A stretch of 64,000 nucleotides of DNA from an uncultured Nitrospiraceae bacterium (GTDB taxonomy: Bacteria > Nitrospirota > UBA9217): NCBI GenBank assembly GCA_964447405.1, contig CAYUSP010000009.1, forward strand, positions 5,815-69,814, given 5' to 3'. The translations under genes and the position numbers were made by a program. Position 1 is the first letter of the stretch. Every line of letters begins with the position of its first letter. The notes beneath the pieces are model-generated. The model made no database searches. It worked only from the letters and a program-made list of their open reading frames with translations, and was not told the DNA's origin. Below, in pieces: positions 31,903 through 41,098 of this stretch.

Positions 31903-33879
31903 TTACTTGACCCTCGCTCCGGGCTTCGTTTCGCGGTCAAAGGTCGCCACAGCAAGCAGATCTCCACTGCTCCCGGCAAGCAGCATGCCCTGGGACTCTA
32001 TGCCCATAAGCTTTGCCGGCTTCAGGTTCGCCACGATCACCACAGACTTACCCAGCAGTTCTTCCGGGGTGTAACTCTTGCCGATACCTGCAACAACCTG
32101 ACGCACTTCAGTGCCGATGTCCACTTTGAGTTTTATCAGCTTTTCGGATTTCTCGACACGCACCGCTTCGATGATCTTGCCGATCCTGAGATCGACCTTC
32201 ATGAAGTCCTCGATCCCGATCAACTCGGGAATGGCTGCGGGCTGCGGTGCGGTTTTTTGAGCATCTATTGCACTGTTCTCCACCATTTTCTCCTTGTGCT
32301 TACTTTTATCCATCTTTATCGCATCCGATCCGTGGGCGCTGTCCTGCATTGTTATGATTCTCGGGAATAGTTGCGTACCGGATTGAATTGCGGTGCCTAC
32401 GGTCATCCCCCCCCAGGACTGTTCATCCTTCAGCGTACAAGATGCAATCTGTTTTTGCAGTCCGAGTGCGTCCCATATTTTCTGCGAGGTTACGGGCATC
32501 ACCGGATAGAGGTACAGTCCAATCAAACGGAGCGACTCAGAGAGATTGTACAACACGCTCCCAAGGCGGCCCAAGTCGTTTTGCTTCGCGAGGGTCCAGG
32601 GTGCATTTTCCTCAACATACCGATTGGCTCGTGTCACGAGGGACCATGCGTCCTGCAAATACTTGGTAAACGAGAGAGCTGCCAGGTCTGCATCGATCTT
32701 CAACGAAATCGCCGTAGAGATCTCTCGTAAATCCTGATCCAGCGGTTGATCTGAGCTTGCCCCCGGTATGTTCCCTTCAAAATATTTACCGACCATCGTG
32801 AGCACGCGAGACAGCAGGTTACCCAGGTCGTTCGCGAGTTCGGTATTGAACCGTGTGACAAAGGTAACGGTCGAAAAATCACCGTCCAGACCGAACGGCA
32901 CTTCACGCAGCACAAAATACCTGAACGCATCGGCGCCGTACTGGTCCACGACCGCATGCGGATCGATCACATTGCCGAGCGATTTCGACATCTTCTTGCC
33001 GTCCTGTGTCCACCACCCGTGCGCGAAGATGTTCCCCGGCAGCGGAAGACCAAGCGCCATCAACATGGTAGACCAGTACACACTGTGCGTGGTCAGGATG
33101 TCCTTGCCTACCAGATGATGGTCCGCAGGCCACCAGAGCGTTCCCTGGGGAGCAAGATATCTCGTCGCTGAATAGTAATTCACCAGCGCATCGAACCAGA
33201 CGTATGTTACGAAATCCCGGTCGAATGGCAGTTCGATTCCCCACGAAAGCCGCTTCTTCGGACGGGAGATGCAGAGGTCACCGAGTGTTTGCGACTTCAG
33301 GAATCCGAGGACCTCATTGCGCCTGCTGTCCGGCCGGATATAAAGGGGATCGTCTTCAATGTGTTTGATCAGGCGATCCTGATACCTGCTCATCAGAAAA
33401 AAGTAGTTGTCCTCGGTAATACGCTCCACTATCCTTCCGCAGTCCGGGCACTTGCCCTCCACGATCTCTTTTTCCGTCCAGAACCGCTCGTCCGGCGTGC
33501 AATACCAGCCCTCATACGTTCGGCGCTCGATCAAATCCTTGTCAAACAGCTCCTGCAGGAGCTCCTGAACCACTGCTATATGCTGCGGGTCCGTTGTGCG
33601 AATAAAGGCATCGTTCGAGATCTCAAGTTTTTTCCAGAGCGACCGAAAGTTCACCGTCATGCTGTCCGCATGCGCTTTGGGCGTCAGCCCCCGGTCTACA
33701 GCCGCCCTCTCGACCTTCTGCCCGTGCTCATCAGTGCCCGTGAGGAAGAACACCGCATCACCCCGCATTCGATGATACCGGGCCATGACGTCCGCGGCGA
33801 TCGTCGTATAGGCATGGCCGATGTGCGGCACATCGTTCACATAATAAATGGGTGTCGTGATATAGAATTTATTCGGCAT
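31903..33879 (-). CDS. metG: methionine--tRNA ligase with a C-terminal tRNA-binding (EMAP-like) domain
   Basis: HIGH motif (HIGHAYT), KMSKS motif and a zinc knuckle CPDCG. Confidence 0.95.
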   Translation of the reverse strand: MPNKFYITTPIYYVNDVPHIGHAYTTIAADVMARYHRMRGDAVFFLTGTDEHGQKVERAAVDRGLTPKAHADSMTVNFRSLWKKLEISNDAFIRTTDPQHIAVVQELLQELFDKDLIERRTYEGWYCTPDERFWTEKEIVEGKCPDCGRIVERITEDNYFFLMSRYQDRLIKHIEDDPLYIRPDSRRNEVLGFLKSQTLGDLCISRPKKRLSWGIELPFDRDFVTYVWFDALVNYYSATRYLAPQGTLWWPADHHLVGKDILTTHSVYWSTMLMALGLPLPGNIFAHGWWTQDGKKMSKSLGNVIDPHAVVDQYGADAFRYFVLREVPFGLDGDFSTVTFVTRFNTELANDLGNLLSRVLTMVGKYFEGNIPGASSDQPLDQDLREISTAISLKIDADLAALSFTKYLQDAWSLVTRANRYVEENAPWTLAKQNDLGRLGSVLYNLSESLRLIGLYLYPVMPVTSQKIWDALGLQKQIASCTLKDEQSWGGMTVGTAIQSGTQLFPRIITMQDSAHGSDAIKMDKSKHKEKMVENSAIDAQKTAPQPAAIPELIGIEDFMKVDLRIGKIIEAVRVEKSEKLIKLKVDIGTEVRQVVAGIGKSYTPEELLGKSVVIVANLKPAKLMGIESQGMLLAGSSGDLLAVATFDRETKPGARVK

Positions 33880-33978
33880 GATCGTACATAAGGGGGTGTC
33901 GCCGTTTCATTGCAAGAACAGGATCCGGATGAATACGCTGCTGTGCTTCATACCAAATGCATCTTTTCAGATTCCGCA

Positions 33979-35187
33979 TTATGCTTTTCCCGGGCCCTGG
34001 GGCTTGTTCTCGCCAGAAGATGATCCCTTCTTTTTTCTTCGCCAGAAGCGTCGCTTCTTTCCGGATTTATCACCTTCCTGGTTTTGCTGCTGCACCCGCT
34101 GGTCCGGCGCTGTTTCCGGGGTTTGCGGTTTTTCAGGTGCAGACTGCGGCAGGCGCTCCTTGGGCAGCGTACTCCGCTGCGGTGACTTCTTTCCCCTCTC
34201 CCGGTCCTCTTTCTTCTCAGACTTGCCCGCGCCTTTCTGCTGGCCTTCTTTCGGCCGGTCCCGGCGCTGCTCCTGCCGACGTTCGTCGACGCGCTTCTTC
34301 TCTTCCGTAAGCTTGCGCTCGTCGGCTTCCTTGCGAGCCTCAACAATGCGCTGCTCTTCCTCTTCCTTCCTTCCCTTCATGGCAGCTTCGCGCATGCCAA
34401 GAAGATCCTTCTTGTTCTCTTCATACATCCCGAACTCATACGAGAGGCAGCATAACAACCTTCCGCACACACCCGATATCTTAGCGGGATTCAGCACCAT
34501 TTCTTGCTTCTTCGCCATGCGTATGGAGACCGGCTCGAAATTTTTCAGGAATGAAGAGCAGCAGAGTTCCCTTCCGCATGGTCCAAACCCGCCGATCATC
34601 CGCGCCACGTCCCGTACACCGATCTGGCGCATCTCAATCCTGCTTTTCAGCTTAGAAGCGAGGTCTTTCACGATTTCCCGGAAATCCACACGGGTCTCGG
34701 AGAAGAAGAAGAATGTGGCCCGCGAGGCATCGAAGGAATATTCCACGCGGATAAGCTTCATGGGCAGTTCCCGCTCGGTCATCATGGTCTGGGCGGCCAT
34801 GAATGCATCGGATTCTCGGGCACGGTTCTTTTCCTCGCGTACGATGTCTTCGTTTGTTGCTTTGCGTATGATTTTCCTGAATCCCCGGGAAACGTTGGGC
34901 GACGGAGAGGTTGCTTCAGGAAAGAGGTCTTCCTCGCCGTCCAGGGAAAGCTCCACTTCAACCTCCTCCTGTTTCCCTTCTTTCTGCACAGGCTCCACAA
35001 TCGGCGGTAGAGCGGTCTTTCGCAGCCGCACGACGACCGCAAAACCGAGGCCGCGGTCGGAATCTACAATGACCTTGTCTCCCACTGAAACTTCGGTGTC
35101 GGTGGCATCGAAATCATACACTTTCCAGTTGACACGGAACCGCACCCCGGCTATTTTCATCATATTTTCTGTCATATCAGTTATCAT
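33979..35187 (-). CDS. PSP1 domain protein (YaaT/RicT-like) with a ~130-aa K/R/E-rich C-terminal extension
   Basis: The PSP1 core contains GRELCCSSFL and GRLLCCLSYE. A long charged low-complexity tail follows. Confidence 0.8.
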   Translation of the reverse strand: MITDMTENMMKIAGVRFRVNWKVYDFDATDTEVSVGDKVIVDSDRGLGFAVVVRLRKTALPPIVEPVQKEGKQEEVEVELSLDGEEDLFPEATSPSPNVSRGFRKIIRKATNEDIVREEKNRARESDAFMAAQTMMTERELPMKLIRVEYSFDASRATFFFFSETRVDFREIVKDLASKLKSRIEMRQIGVRDVARMIGGFGPCGRELCCSSFLKNFEPVSIRMAKKQEMVLNPAKISGVCGRLLCCLSYEFGMYEENKKDLLGMREAAMKGRKEEEEQRIVEARKEADERKLTEEKKRVDERRQEQRRDRPKEGQQKGAGKSEKKEDRERGKKSPQRSTLPKERLPQSAPEKPQTPETAPDQRVQQQNQEGDKSGKKRRFWRRKKKGSSSGENKPQGPGKA

Positions 35188-35221
35188 TCGCCGGCTGCCT
35201 GGTGCTGGCAGCCGGACGTTG

Positions 35222-36310
35222 TCAACTCTCCAATCTTCCGAGATTCAGCAACAGGTTCTCCACCACGAGTTTGGCACTTATCCGCCGTTCGAGTAATTCC
35301 TGCCCCGTGACGAACGAGTCCGCGTCCGTTAATAGTCGTGAGCGTGAATGCATTTCACCAAACTGGCGATATCGCTCCCGCATATTCCCCTGGATGAGCA
35401 GCGGTACTTCACCCGTCTCGCGGAACACCAGGGTGTCGCGAATCCATTCGATACCCTGGGAAAAGAGGCGTTCAAGCTGCTCCCGGTCCCGTTCGAGCAG
35501 TTCTGCCTTCGCAAGCAGTTCGCCGGCGCCCATGGTAGAGAGACCCTCCAGCAGCACCGCAATTTCTTCGCGGGAGGCCTTTTCCTGCTCAATATCCATC
35601 GTGAGTCCGCGGCCCAAACTTCCCTGGGCAAGCGCGGCAAGAAACCATGCGTCCTCTTCCGTCAATCCCCGTTTTTTCATTAGAACCTGCGCCAGCAGGC
35701 GGCGCGGAAGCGGCTGAAACTTTATTTCTTGGCACCGTGACCGAATGGTGGGCAGTAGGCTCTGCGGCAGGGAGGTCACCAGAATGATCATCGCTTCCCC
35801 CGGCGGCTCTTCGAGCGTTTTTAAAAACGCATTTTGCGCTGTATGGTTCAGCGTCTCGGCGCCATCCACGATCAGGACATTCCGGCCGCCAGCGGAGGGC
35901 TTGAGCGATATCCCTTCCTGGGCATGCCGGATCTGGTCTATCTTGATCTCCGTACTGGCCTTCTCAATTTCCTTGCTGCTCCAGGTCGCAAGGAGAGCAA
36001 GATCCTCGCTCTCCGGCATGAGGATGCGCACATCGGGATGCGTACGGGCGCTGATCATGACACAGGACGGACATTGCCCGCATCCGCCCTGCGGTCCTCT
36101 GGATGTGCAGTTCAGCGCTGCGGCAAAAGCCAGTGCCGCCGTCTTTTTTCCTATGCCCACCTGACCTGAGAACAGGTATGCGTGGGCAAGAGTGCTGTTC
36201 GCGATCGCCCGCTGCAGAATGGCAACAGGCTTATCATGTCCTTCAATGTCTTGAAATGCCATAGGTTTGTTAATAAAAGCGTTAAACGATGCCGCATTAC
36301 TGAGCGCCAT
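35222..36310 (-). CDS. holB: DNA polymerase III delta-prime subunit
   Basis: AAA+ clamp-loader fold, HAYLFSGQVGIGK, zinc module CGQCPSC and SRC motif TIRSRCQ. An alternative start lies at 36262. Confidence 0.85.
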   Translation of the reverse strand: MALSNAASFNAFINKPMAFQDIEGHDKPVAILQRAIANSTLAHAYLFSGQVGIGKKTAALAFAAALNCTSRGPQGGCGQCPSCVMISARTHPDVRILMPESEDLALLATWSSKEIEKASTEIKIDQIRHAQEGISLKPSAGGRNVLIVDGAETLNHTAQNAFLKTLEEPPGEAMIILVTSLPQSLLPTIRSRCQEIKFQPLPRRLLAQVLMKKRGLTEEDAWFLAALAQGSLGRGLTMDIEQEKASREEIAVLLEGLSTMGAGELLAKAELLERDREQLERLFSQGIEWIRDTLVFRETGEVPLLIQGNMRERYRQFGEMHSRSRLLTDADSFVTGQELLERRISAKLVVENLLLNLGRLES

Positions 36311-36342
36311 GCCCAGGTGTATCTGGTCCTGTTATCCGGCGG

Positions 36343-36990
36343 TCAGGTCCTGGCCTGCAATACACGCTCAACAATGATGCGAACCTGCTCATGCACAGAT
36401 TCTGCGGACCCCGATGCGTCAATGGTCAGGAATCGATCTTTTTCCCGAGCAGCAAGCGCCTGGTATCCTTGCCGCACCCGATGGTGAAATGCCATCGCTT
36501 CGTTCTCGAACCGGGCTTCCTCATCCAGCCCCTGCAAGCAATTTCTCCCCCGCGCGCGCGCGATCCCCGCAGCAGCCTCTATATCAAAGAGAATTGTCAG
36601 ATCGGGCCGCATCCCGGCGGTCACCATGGTATCAAGCAAACGAATCGTCTCGATATCGAGCCCTCTGCCGTAGCCCTGGTAGGCTAGTGTGGCGTCTGAA
36701 AAACGGTCGCAGAGGACGGTCACACCAGCCTCAAGTGCCGGGGAAATAACCTCCCTGAGATGCTGGGCCCTGCTCGCCGCATACAGGAGAAGCTCCGCAG
36801 TTGGATCGAGATTCACGTTCGCGGGATCGAGCAGAATCTTCCTTATCTGATCGCCGATCGGCGTCCCACCCGGTTCACGGGTGAGTACAAAATGAAATCC
36901 TTTGGACGTAAGATGGTTCGCGAGCAGCGCGATCTGGGTGGACTTGCCGGAGCCTTCGATGCCCTCGAAGGTAATGAAGGTTCCCTTCAT
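36343..36990 (-). CDS. tmk: thymidylate kinase
   Basis: FITFEGIEGSGKST P-loop and DRF motif. Confidence 0.95.
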   Translation of the reverse strand: MKGTFITFEGIEGSGKSTQIALLANHLTSKGFHFVLTREPGGTPIGDQIRKILLDPANVNLDPTAELLLYAASRAQHLREVISPALEAGVTVLCDRFSDATLAYQGYGRGLDIETIRLLDTMVTAGMRPDLTILFDIEAAAGIARARGRNCLQGLDEEARFENEAMAFHHRVRQGYQALAAREKDRFLTIDASGSAESVHEQVRIIVERVLQART

Positions 36991-38901
36991 TTATTTCAGC
37001 TCAGCGGCGGCATCGCCATCTGCCTTCAACGCAGAGTTGGAAGTGAACAGGATCACCTGGGTCTTGGCACCAAGAGCCCGAAGAATCTGGCAGGCAGCTT
37101 TCTGCCGAGCGGGATCGAACCCGGCGAGCGGATCATCGAGGATGAAGGGTATTCTACGTTTTCCAGCGATCGCTTCCACAAGGCCGGTCCGGAGGCAAAA
37201 ATAAATCAGACCCTTTGTTCCATGGCTTAGTTCAGCGTAGTTAACCACCGAATCGTCCTTGGCATGAACAACCGGGTCGCCCTCATGGCCCGCTTCGATC
37301 CTTACATATCTGCCCGCTGTCACCGTGGTAAGATTTCTCTGCGCTGCTGCTTCGACAGCGGGGATGAGCGTATCCATTTCGATGCCGCTGATCCTGCTGG
37401 CAATCTGCATCTCCCCCAGAAAGCCGGTATGACCACCTCCCGCGTTCGGATCTGCGAAATCCGCGGGGAAATCCTGGACACCTGATCCAGGATCCCATGC
37501 CATATCGCCGGAGGAGGCGGAGTTTTCGGAGTCCAGCCGCTCAATTTCCTGCCTGATGCTGTACGTATCCACGTTGTTTTTGGCAAGGGCATGCGCGGCC
37601 TGCTCAAGCGCCACGGCATCCTGCTGCAGTTGTTCGTATTGCTGCCGCAACGCCTCAGGAGAGGTATCCGCGAGAACACGCTGCCGCTGTTCTTTGATCT
37701 CATCCTGCAAAGACAGAAAATACCGGTAATTATCCGCTTTTTCCTTGAGCTCGCCTGTCGTAGCTGCTCCGACAGATCGCATGGCGGATGTAATGATGGA
37801 TCCTTCCTGCTGAAAGCGCTTTTCAATCCCGGTCAGATCCTCCTGCAGGTCCGCAATCTCATTCCCGATCTTCTTCCGCTGTGAACCTTTCCGCGCTCCG
37901 TTATACCATGCTCCTGCCATAAGTATGAGTGAGAGCAGGACACCCAGAGGAAAAATAAACGCAAGTTCCTCGGTCAGCACGAACACACCCGCCAGGATCG
38001 CGAGTACTCCCACAACGGTGCCGCCAATGAAAAGCTTGTCCGTTATGAGATTGACCGTCGGAATACCCTCGAGTTGCATCCGGAGCCCCTCAATCTGCTT
38101 GTGAATCTCATCGACATCAACTGCCTTCTGGTTCTGCCGCCGTTCATGTTCTTCGATCAGCTCCGAATAGTTCTCAGGCAGCTCGGCACACGCCTTGAGC
38201 GATTCAAGCGTGGACTCCATGCCTGATCTTTTTTCCTCTATGTCCTCAACGGCGGCGATCTTTTTCCTGATTTCATCCTGCGCGAGCTTTGCCGACTGGA
38301 ATTTGTAGTCGGCATCGGCGGCTTCCTCGGCCTTGCGAAGGATTTCACGAAGTTCCACAAGCCGGGAGTTGTCTGCCGATGCCAGGCGCGGGGAAGAAAC
38401 CGGCCGGCCCGTCATCATCCTCGGCGCCGCTGCAGGTACGCCGCCTGAAACCTGCGGCGCTCGGTGTGCTGCAAAATGCTCACGATGCAGGATGAATATC
38501 CTGGCGAAATCCTCCTCGGCAATTCCCGCGGTGATCTCAGCCATGAACTGCGTCGAGCTTTCCCAGTCCTTATGCAGCAGGCTGAAATCCTTGTTTACCG
38601 TGTTATATCTTGAAAGATTAACCGCCCGCTTGGAGAAATCCTGAATGATCCGGAAGTAGGCGTTTTCATCGGAATGCACCACAAGCGCTCCGCGCGAAGC
38701 GTCCGGAGTCTGTCTCGATACCAGGGCGTCAAATGCAGCCGATTGATTACGGGGGAACAGCAGGCGACGAATGGAATCAACTGCCGTCGTTTTCCCTGAT
38801 TCGTTCCCGGCGGCAATAAAATTAAACCCGCTTTGAAATCGCAGCCGGGCTAATTCCCGAAAACCACGCACGCCTTGCATGACCAGTTCCACCAGGAACA
38901 T
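36991..38901 (-). CDS. SMC/Rad50-like (YhaN-type) AAA ATPase with two central TM helices
   Basis: N-terminal Walker A AAGNESGKTT and C-terminal signature LSHGTK plus Walker B FILDDP. A coiled-coil middle is interrupted by IGGTVVGVLAILAGVFVL and FIFPLGVLLSLILMAGAWY. Its stop abuts the tmk start. Confidence 0.75.
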   Translation of the reverse strand: MFLVELVMQGVRGFRELARLRFQSGFNFIAAGNESGKTTAVDSIRRLLFPRNQSAAFDALVSRQTPDASRGALVVHSDENAYFRIIQDFSKRAVNLSRYNTVNKDFSLLHKDWESSTQFMAEITAGIAEEDFARIFILHREHFAAHRAPQVSGGVPAAAPRMMTGRPVSSPRLASADNSRLVELREILRKAEEAADADYKFQSAKLAQDEIRKKIAAVEDIEEKRSGMESTLESLKACAELPENYSELIEEHERRQNQKAVDVDEIHKQIEGLRMQLEGIPTVNLITDKLFIGGTVVGVLAILAGVFVLTEELAFIFPLGVLLSLILMAGAWYNGARKGSQRKKIGNEIADLQEDLTGIEKRFQQEGSIITSAMRSVGAATTGELKEKADNYRYFLSLQDEIKEQRQRVLADTSPEALRQQYEQLQQDAVALEQAAHALAKNNVDTYSIRQEIERLDSENSASSGDMAWDPGSGVQDFPADFADPNAGGGHTGFLGEMQIASRISGIEMDTLIPAVEAAAQRNLTTVTAGRYVRIEAGHEGDPVVHAKDDSVVNYAELSHGTKGLIYFCLRTGLVEAIAGKRRIPFILDDPLAGFDPARQKAACQILRALGAKTQVILFTSNSALKADGDAAAELK

Positions 38902-38930
38902 AAAAGGGCTCCTTTCCTCACAGATTTTCT

Positions 38931-38959
38931 ACTATAACGCAAGTGAGTAAAACTTGCAA
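38931..38959 (-). promoter_or_regulatory. candidate sigma-70 promoter for the SMC-like-tmk-holB operon
   Basis: The minus strand reads TTGCAA, 17 nt, then TATAGT, with RBS AAGGAG before ATG 38901. Confidence 0.55.
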
Positions 38960-38975
38960 CAGGGAAAACGCCCTG

Positions 38976-40496
38976 CTACAGCATCTCCAGCGCTCTTTTC
39001 AGGGCTTCAGCCTTCTGAAGGGTCTCCTGATATTCTCGCTCCGGTATTGAATCGGCAACAATACCCGCACCAACCTGAATGTAAGCCGTCCCGTCCTTGA
39101 TGACAAACGTCCGAATGATGATGTTCAGATCCATGTCGCCCGCATTGGAAAGATACCCGATGGATCCGGTATAAGGTCCGCGCGCAACAGGCTCAAGTTC
39201 GTCGATGATCTCCATGCACCGGACCTTGGGCACTCCCGTTATCGTTCCGCCAGGGAACACGGCGCGAACCAGATCAATTGCATCCCTGTCCGGCCTAAGC
39301 ATCCCCCTGACATTGGAAACAATATGAATGACATGCGAATAGTCCTCGATGACCATCATTTCATCAACCGTCACCGACCCGTAGTCACATACTTTTCCGA
39401 GATCGTTTCGCTCGAGGTCCAGCAGCATGATATGCTCCGCGCGCTCTTTTTCGTTTGTTAAAAGTTCGGCGGAGAGCGCTTTCATCTCCACTCCGTCGCC
39501 TCCCCTCCTGCGCGTTCCCGCGATCGGCCTTGTGTCAGCAAGTCCCCGGTACAAGCGGACCAGGCGTTCGGGGGAGGAGCTCACAATCTGCAGATCCCCA
39601 AAATCGAGAAATGCGGCGAAGGGTGAAGGATTGATATCGCGCAGGATGCGGTATAAATGAAGCGGGTCCAGTCCGCCGATCTCCGCTGACAGCCGCTGGG
39701 AAAGGTTCGCCTGATAGATGTCGCCTGCTGCGATGTATTCCTTGCACCGTCCGACCATGGACTCGAACTCTGCTGGGCTCACATTCGATCGCAGCTGACA
39801 AATCTCTGGCGAAGCGGAACCCTTCATATCTCCTGCTGGCTTGCCTGTTTCAATGCGCGCGGAGATCGACGCTACCCGCCCGGCAGCTTCGTCATACAGC
39901 CTTTCCCAATCGCCGGGATCCGGCCTGCGAAAGCCCATTTCCTGCTCCCGGGCTCCGGGATTTACGATAATCCATGTCTTGCCCAGAACATGGTCAAAAG
40001 CCACCACCATGTCCACAAAGACAAAATAAGCCTCGGGAATATCAAGATCGCGGCGAGCCTTGTGTGGAATATCCTCGATCTGGTGAACAAAATCATAAGA
40101 GAAAAATCCGACCGCGCCGCCGGTGAACGGGGGCAAGCCGTCTATCCGCTCGGTCCGGTAATTGGCGAGCAGTTCGCGCAGTTTGACCAGAGGCGGCCGA
40201 TTCATCGCAGCCCGCCTGCCGTATTTCCCCGCCGGAGTCGCGGGAAGGCTGAGCTCGACATCATTGCCGCGGGACCTGAAAATCAGATAGGGATCCGCTG
40301 TCACGAAAGAATACCGCCCGATCCGCTCGCTCATCCTCGCGCTTTCCAGCAGCACTGCGAAGCCATCAGAGCGCAGGGCTTCCAACGCGGTTAGTGGATT
40401 GGCCTCCTGCCCGGAGATCTCCGCGGACAAAGGCAGCAGCCTTCCGGAGCGGACTGCATCAAGAAAATCTTTTTTCCCTGGCTTAATGGTGATCAT
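38976..40496 (-). CDS. chorismate-utilising enzyme, anthranilate synthase component I / aminodeoxychorismate synthase family
   Basis: The C-terminal chorismate-binding domain carries PGGTITGVPK and GAGIVADSIPEREYQE. No glutamine amidotransferase partner is adjacent. ATG 40496 is preferred. Confidence 0.85.
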   Translation of the reverse strand: MITIKPGKKDFLDAVRSGRLLPLSAEISGQEANPLTALEALRSDGFAVLLESARMSERIGRYSFVTADPYLIFRSRGNDVELSLPATPAGKYGRRAAMNRPPLVKLRELLANYRTERIDGLPPFTGGAVGFFSYDFVHQIEDIPHKARRDLDIPEAYFVFVDMVVAFDHVLGKTWIIVNPGAREQEMGFRRPDPGDWERLYDEAAGRVASISARIETGKPAGDMKGSASPEICQLRSNVSPAEFESMVGRCKEYIAAGDIYQANLSQRLSAEIGGLDPLHLYRILRDINPSPFAAFLDFGDLQIVSSSPERLVRLYRGLADTRPIAGTRRRGGDGVEMKALSAELLTNEKERAEHIMLLDLERNDLGKVCDYGSVTVDEMMVIEDYSHVIHIVSNVRGMLRPDRDAIDLVRAVFPGGTITGVPKVRCMEIIDELEPVARGPYTGSIGYLSNAGDMDLNIIIRTFVIKDGTAYIQVGAGIVADSIPEREYQETLQKAEALKRALEML

Positions 40497-40516
40497 GGTT
40501 TTTGGGGAGTGATGAA

Positions 40517-40545
40517 ATAGTAAAGACAATGTAGCGCATGGTCAA
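40517..40545 (-). promoter_or_regulatory. candidate promoter of the TrpE/PabB-family gene
   Basis: The minus strand reads TTGACC, 17 nt, then TACTAT. This leaves a very short leader without an obvious SD, hence the low confidence. Confidence 0.35.
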
Positions 40546-40559
40546 GATAATTCTAATAT

Positions 40560-40591
40560 TTGTCTGCATAATCTTAAAAATATGCTATACT
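40560..40591 (+). promoter_or_regulatory. candidate extended -10 promoter driving the ORF-free region on the plus strand
   Basis: TGcTATACT at 40583-40591. The only -35-like hexamer, TTGTCT, is 20 nt upstream. Confidence 0.4.
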
Positions 40592-40660
40592 AAAATCAGA
40601 AAAAGAAAGAGTAGCCCTTGATACGGAATAATTGATCTTTATCATAACAACGTCTTTTAA

Positions 40661-40977
40661 GGGGGCGTTGCCGGACCATCACCGCTTGGTGCAGAGTTGA
40701 TAACCCGTTCCGAGGGGAATCAGGCACCGGGTTTGTATGGGGACCGAATTCGGACAGAACGCAGCAAGTTGAGCGGCGAATCTACCGGATGATTCACAGG
40801 TTTCCAGCAGATACGGAAGAGCCGAATGCCCCGATGCCGAAGGAGAACGCGGGAGTAGAGGAACAATGAGCTTCACTGGGTCTGCAAGTCAGAGCCGCAG
40901 AAGCAACCATTGAGATCCCCGAATAGACTTCCCGGCTAAACGGACTATCACATCGGTCCACTGGCAGCGCCTTTTTT
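40661..40977 (+). ncRNA. candidate structured non-coding RNA of unknown class (~315 nt)
   Basis: No plausible ORF on either strand. The ends pair (GGCGTTGCCGGACC at 40664-40677 with GGTCCACTGGCAGCGCC at 40955-40971) and are followed by TTTTTT. Many local hairpins are present (CACC-GCTT-GGTG, AACCCG...CGGGTT, CCGAATTCGG, TCTGC...GCAGA). It has its own promoter-like element and a downstream canonical terminator. Confidence 0.4.
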
Positions 40978-40986
40978 ATTATTAAG

Positions 40987-41021
40987 AAACCCCTCATTCG
41001 CGAAATGAGGGGTTTTTGTTT
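40987..41021. terminator. rho-independent terminator, usable from both directions
   Basis: 11-bp stem AAACCCCTCAT/ATGAGGGGTTT followed by TTGTTT on the plus strand. It lies ~80 nt downstream of the minus-strand radical-SAM gene. Confidence 0.7.
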
Positions 41022-41098
41022 AGCCGCCAGGAACCTCCCGGTCGCTATCCGGCTCCGATCCAGATCGCCCCGGCTTTCAGGAGTCCGGGGTCGGATGA

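Noticed and set aside
40700-40790. c-di-AMP (ydaO-type) riboswitch.
   Set aside because: Only one short stretch resembles the CCGAAUCCGACAG core. The pseudo-symmetric second half is not evident, and no plus-strand gene lies downstream to be regulated.
40661-40977. Possible tmRNA (it starts GGGGGCG), RNase P RNA, 6S, SRP or cobalamin riboswitch.
   Set aside because: There is no T-arm or CCA-like 3' end and no tag ORF ending in ALAA-stop, so it is not tmRNA. GGAAAGTCCGG and the other RNase P conserved blocks are absent, as are a B12 box and the SRP GGAA motif. I kept it only as an RNA candidate of unknown class.
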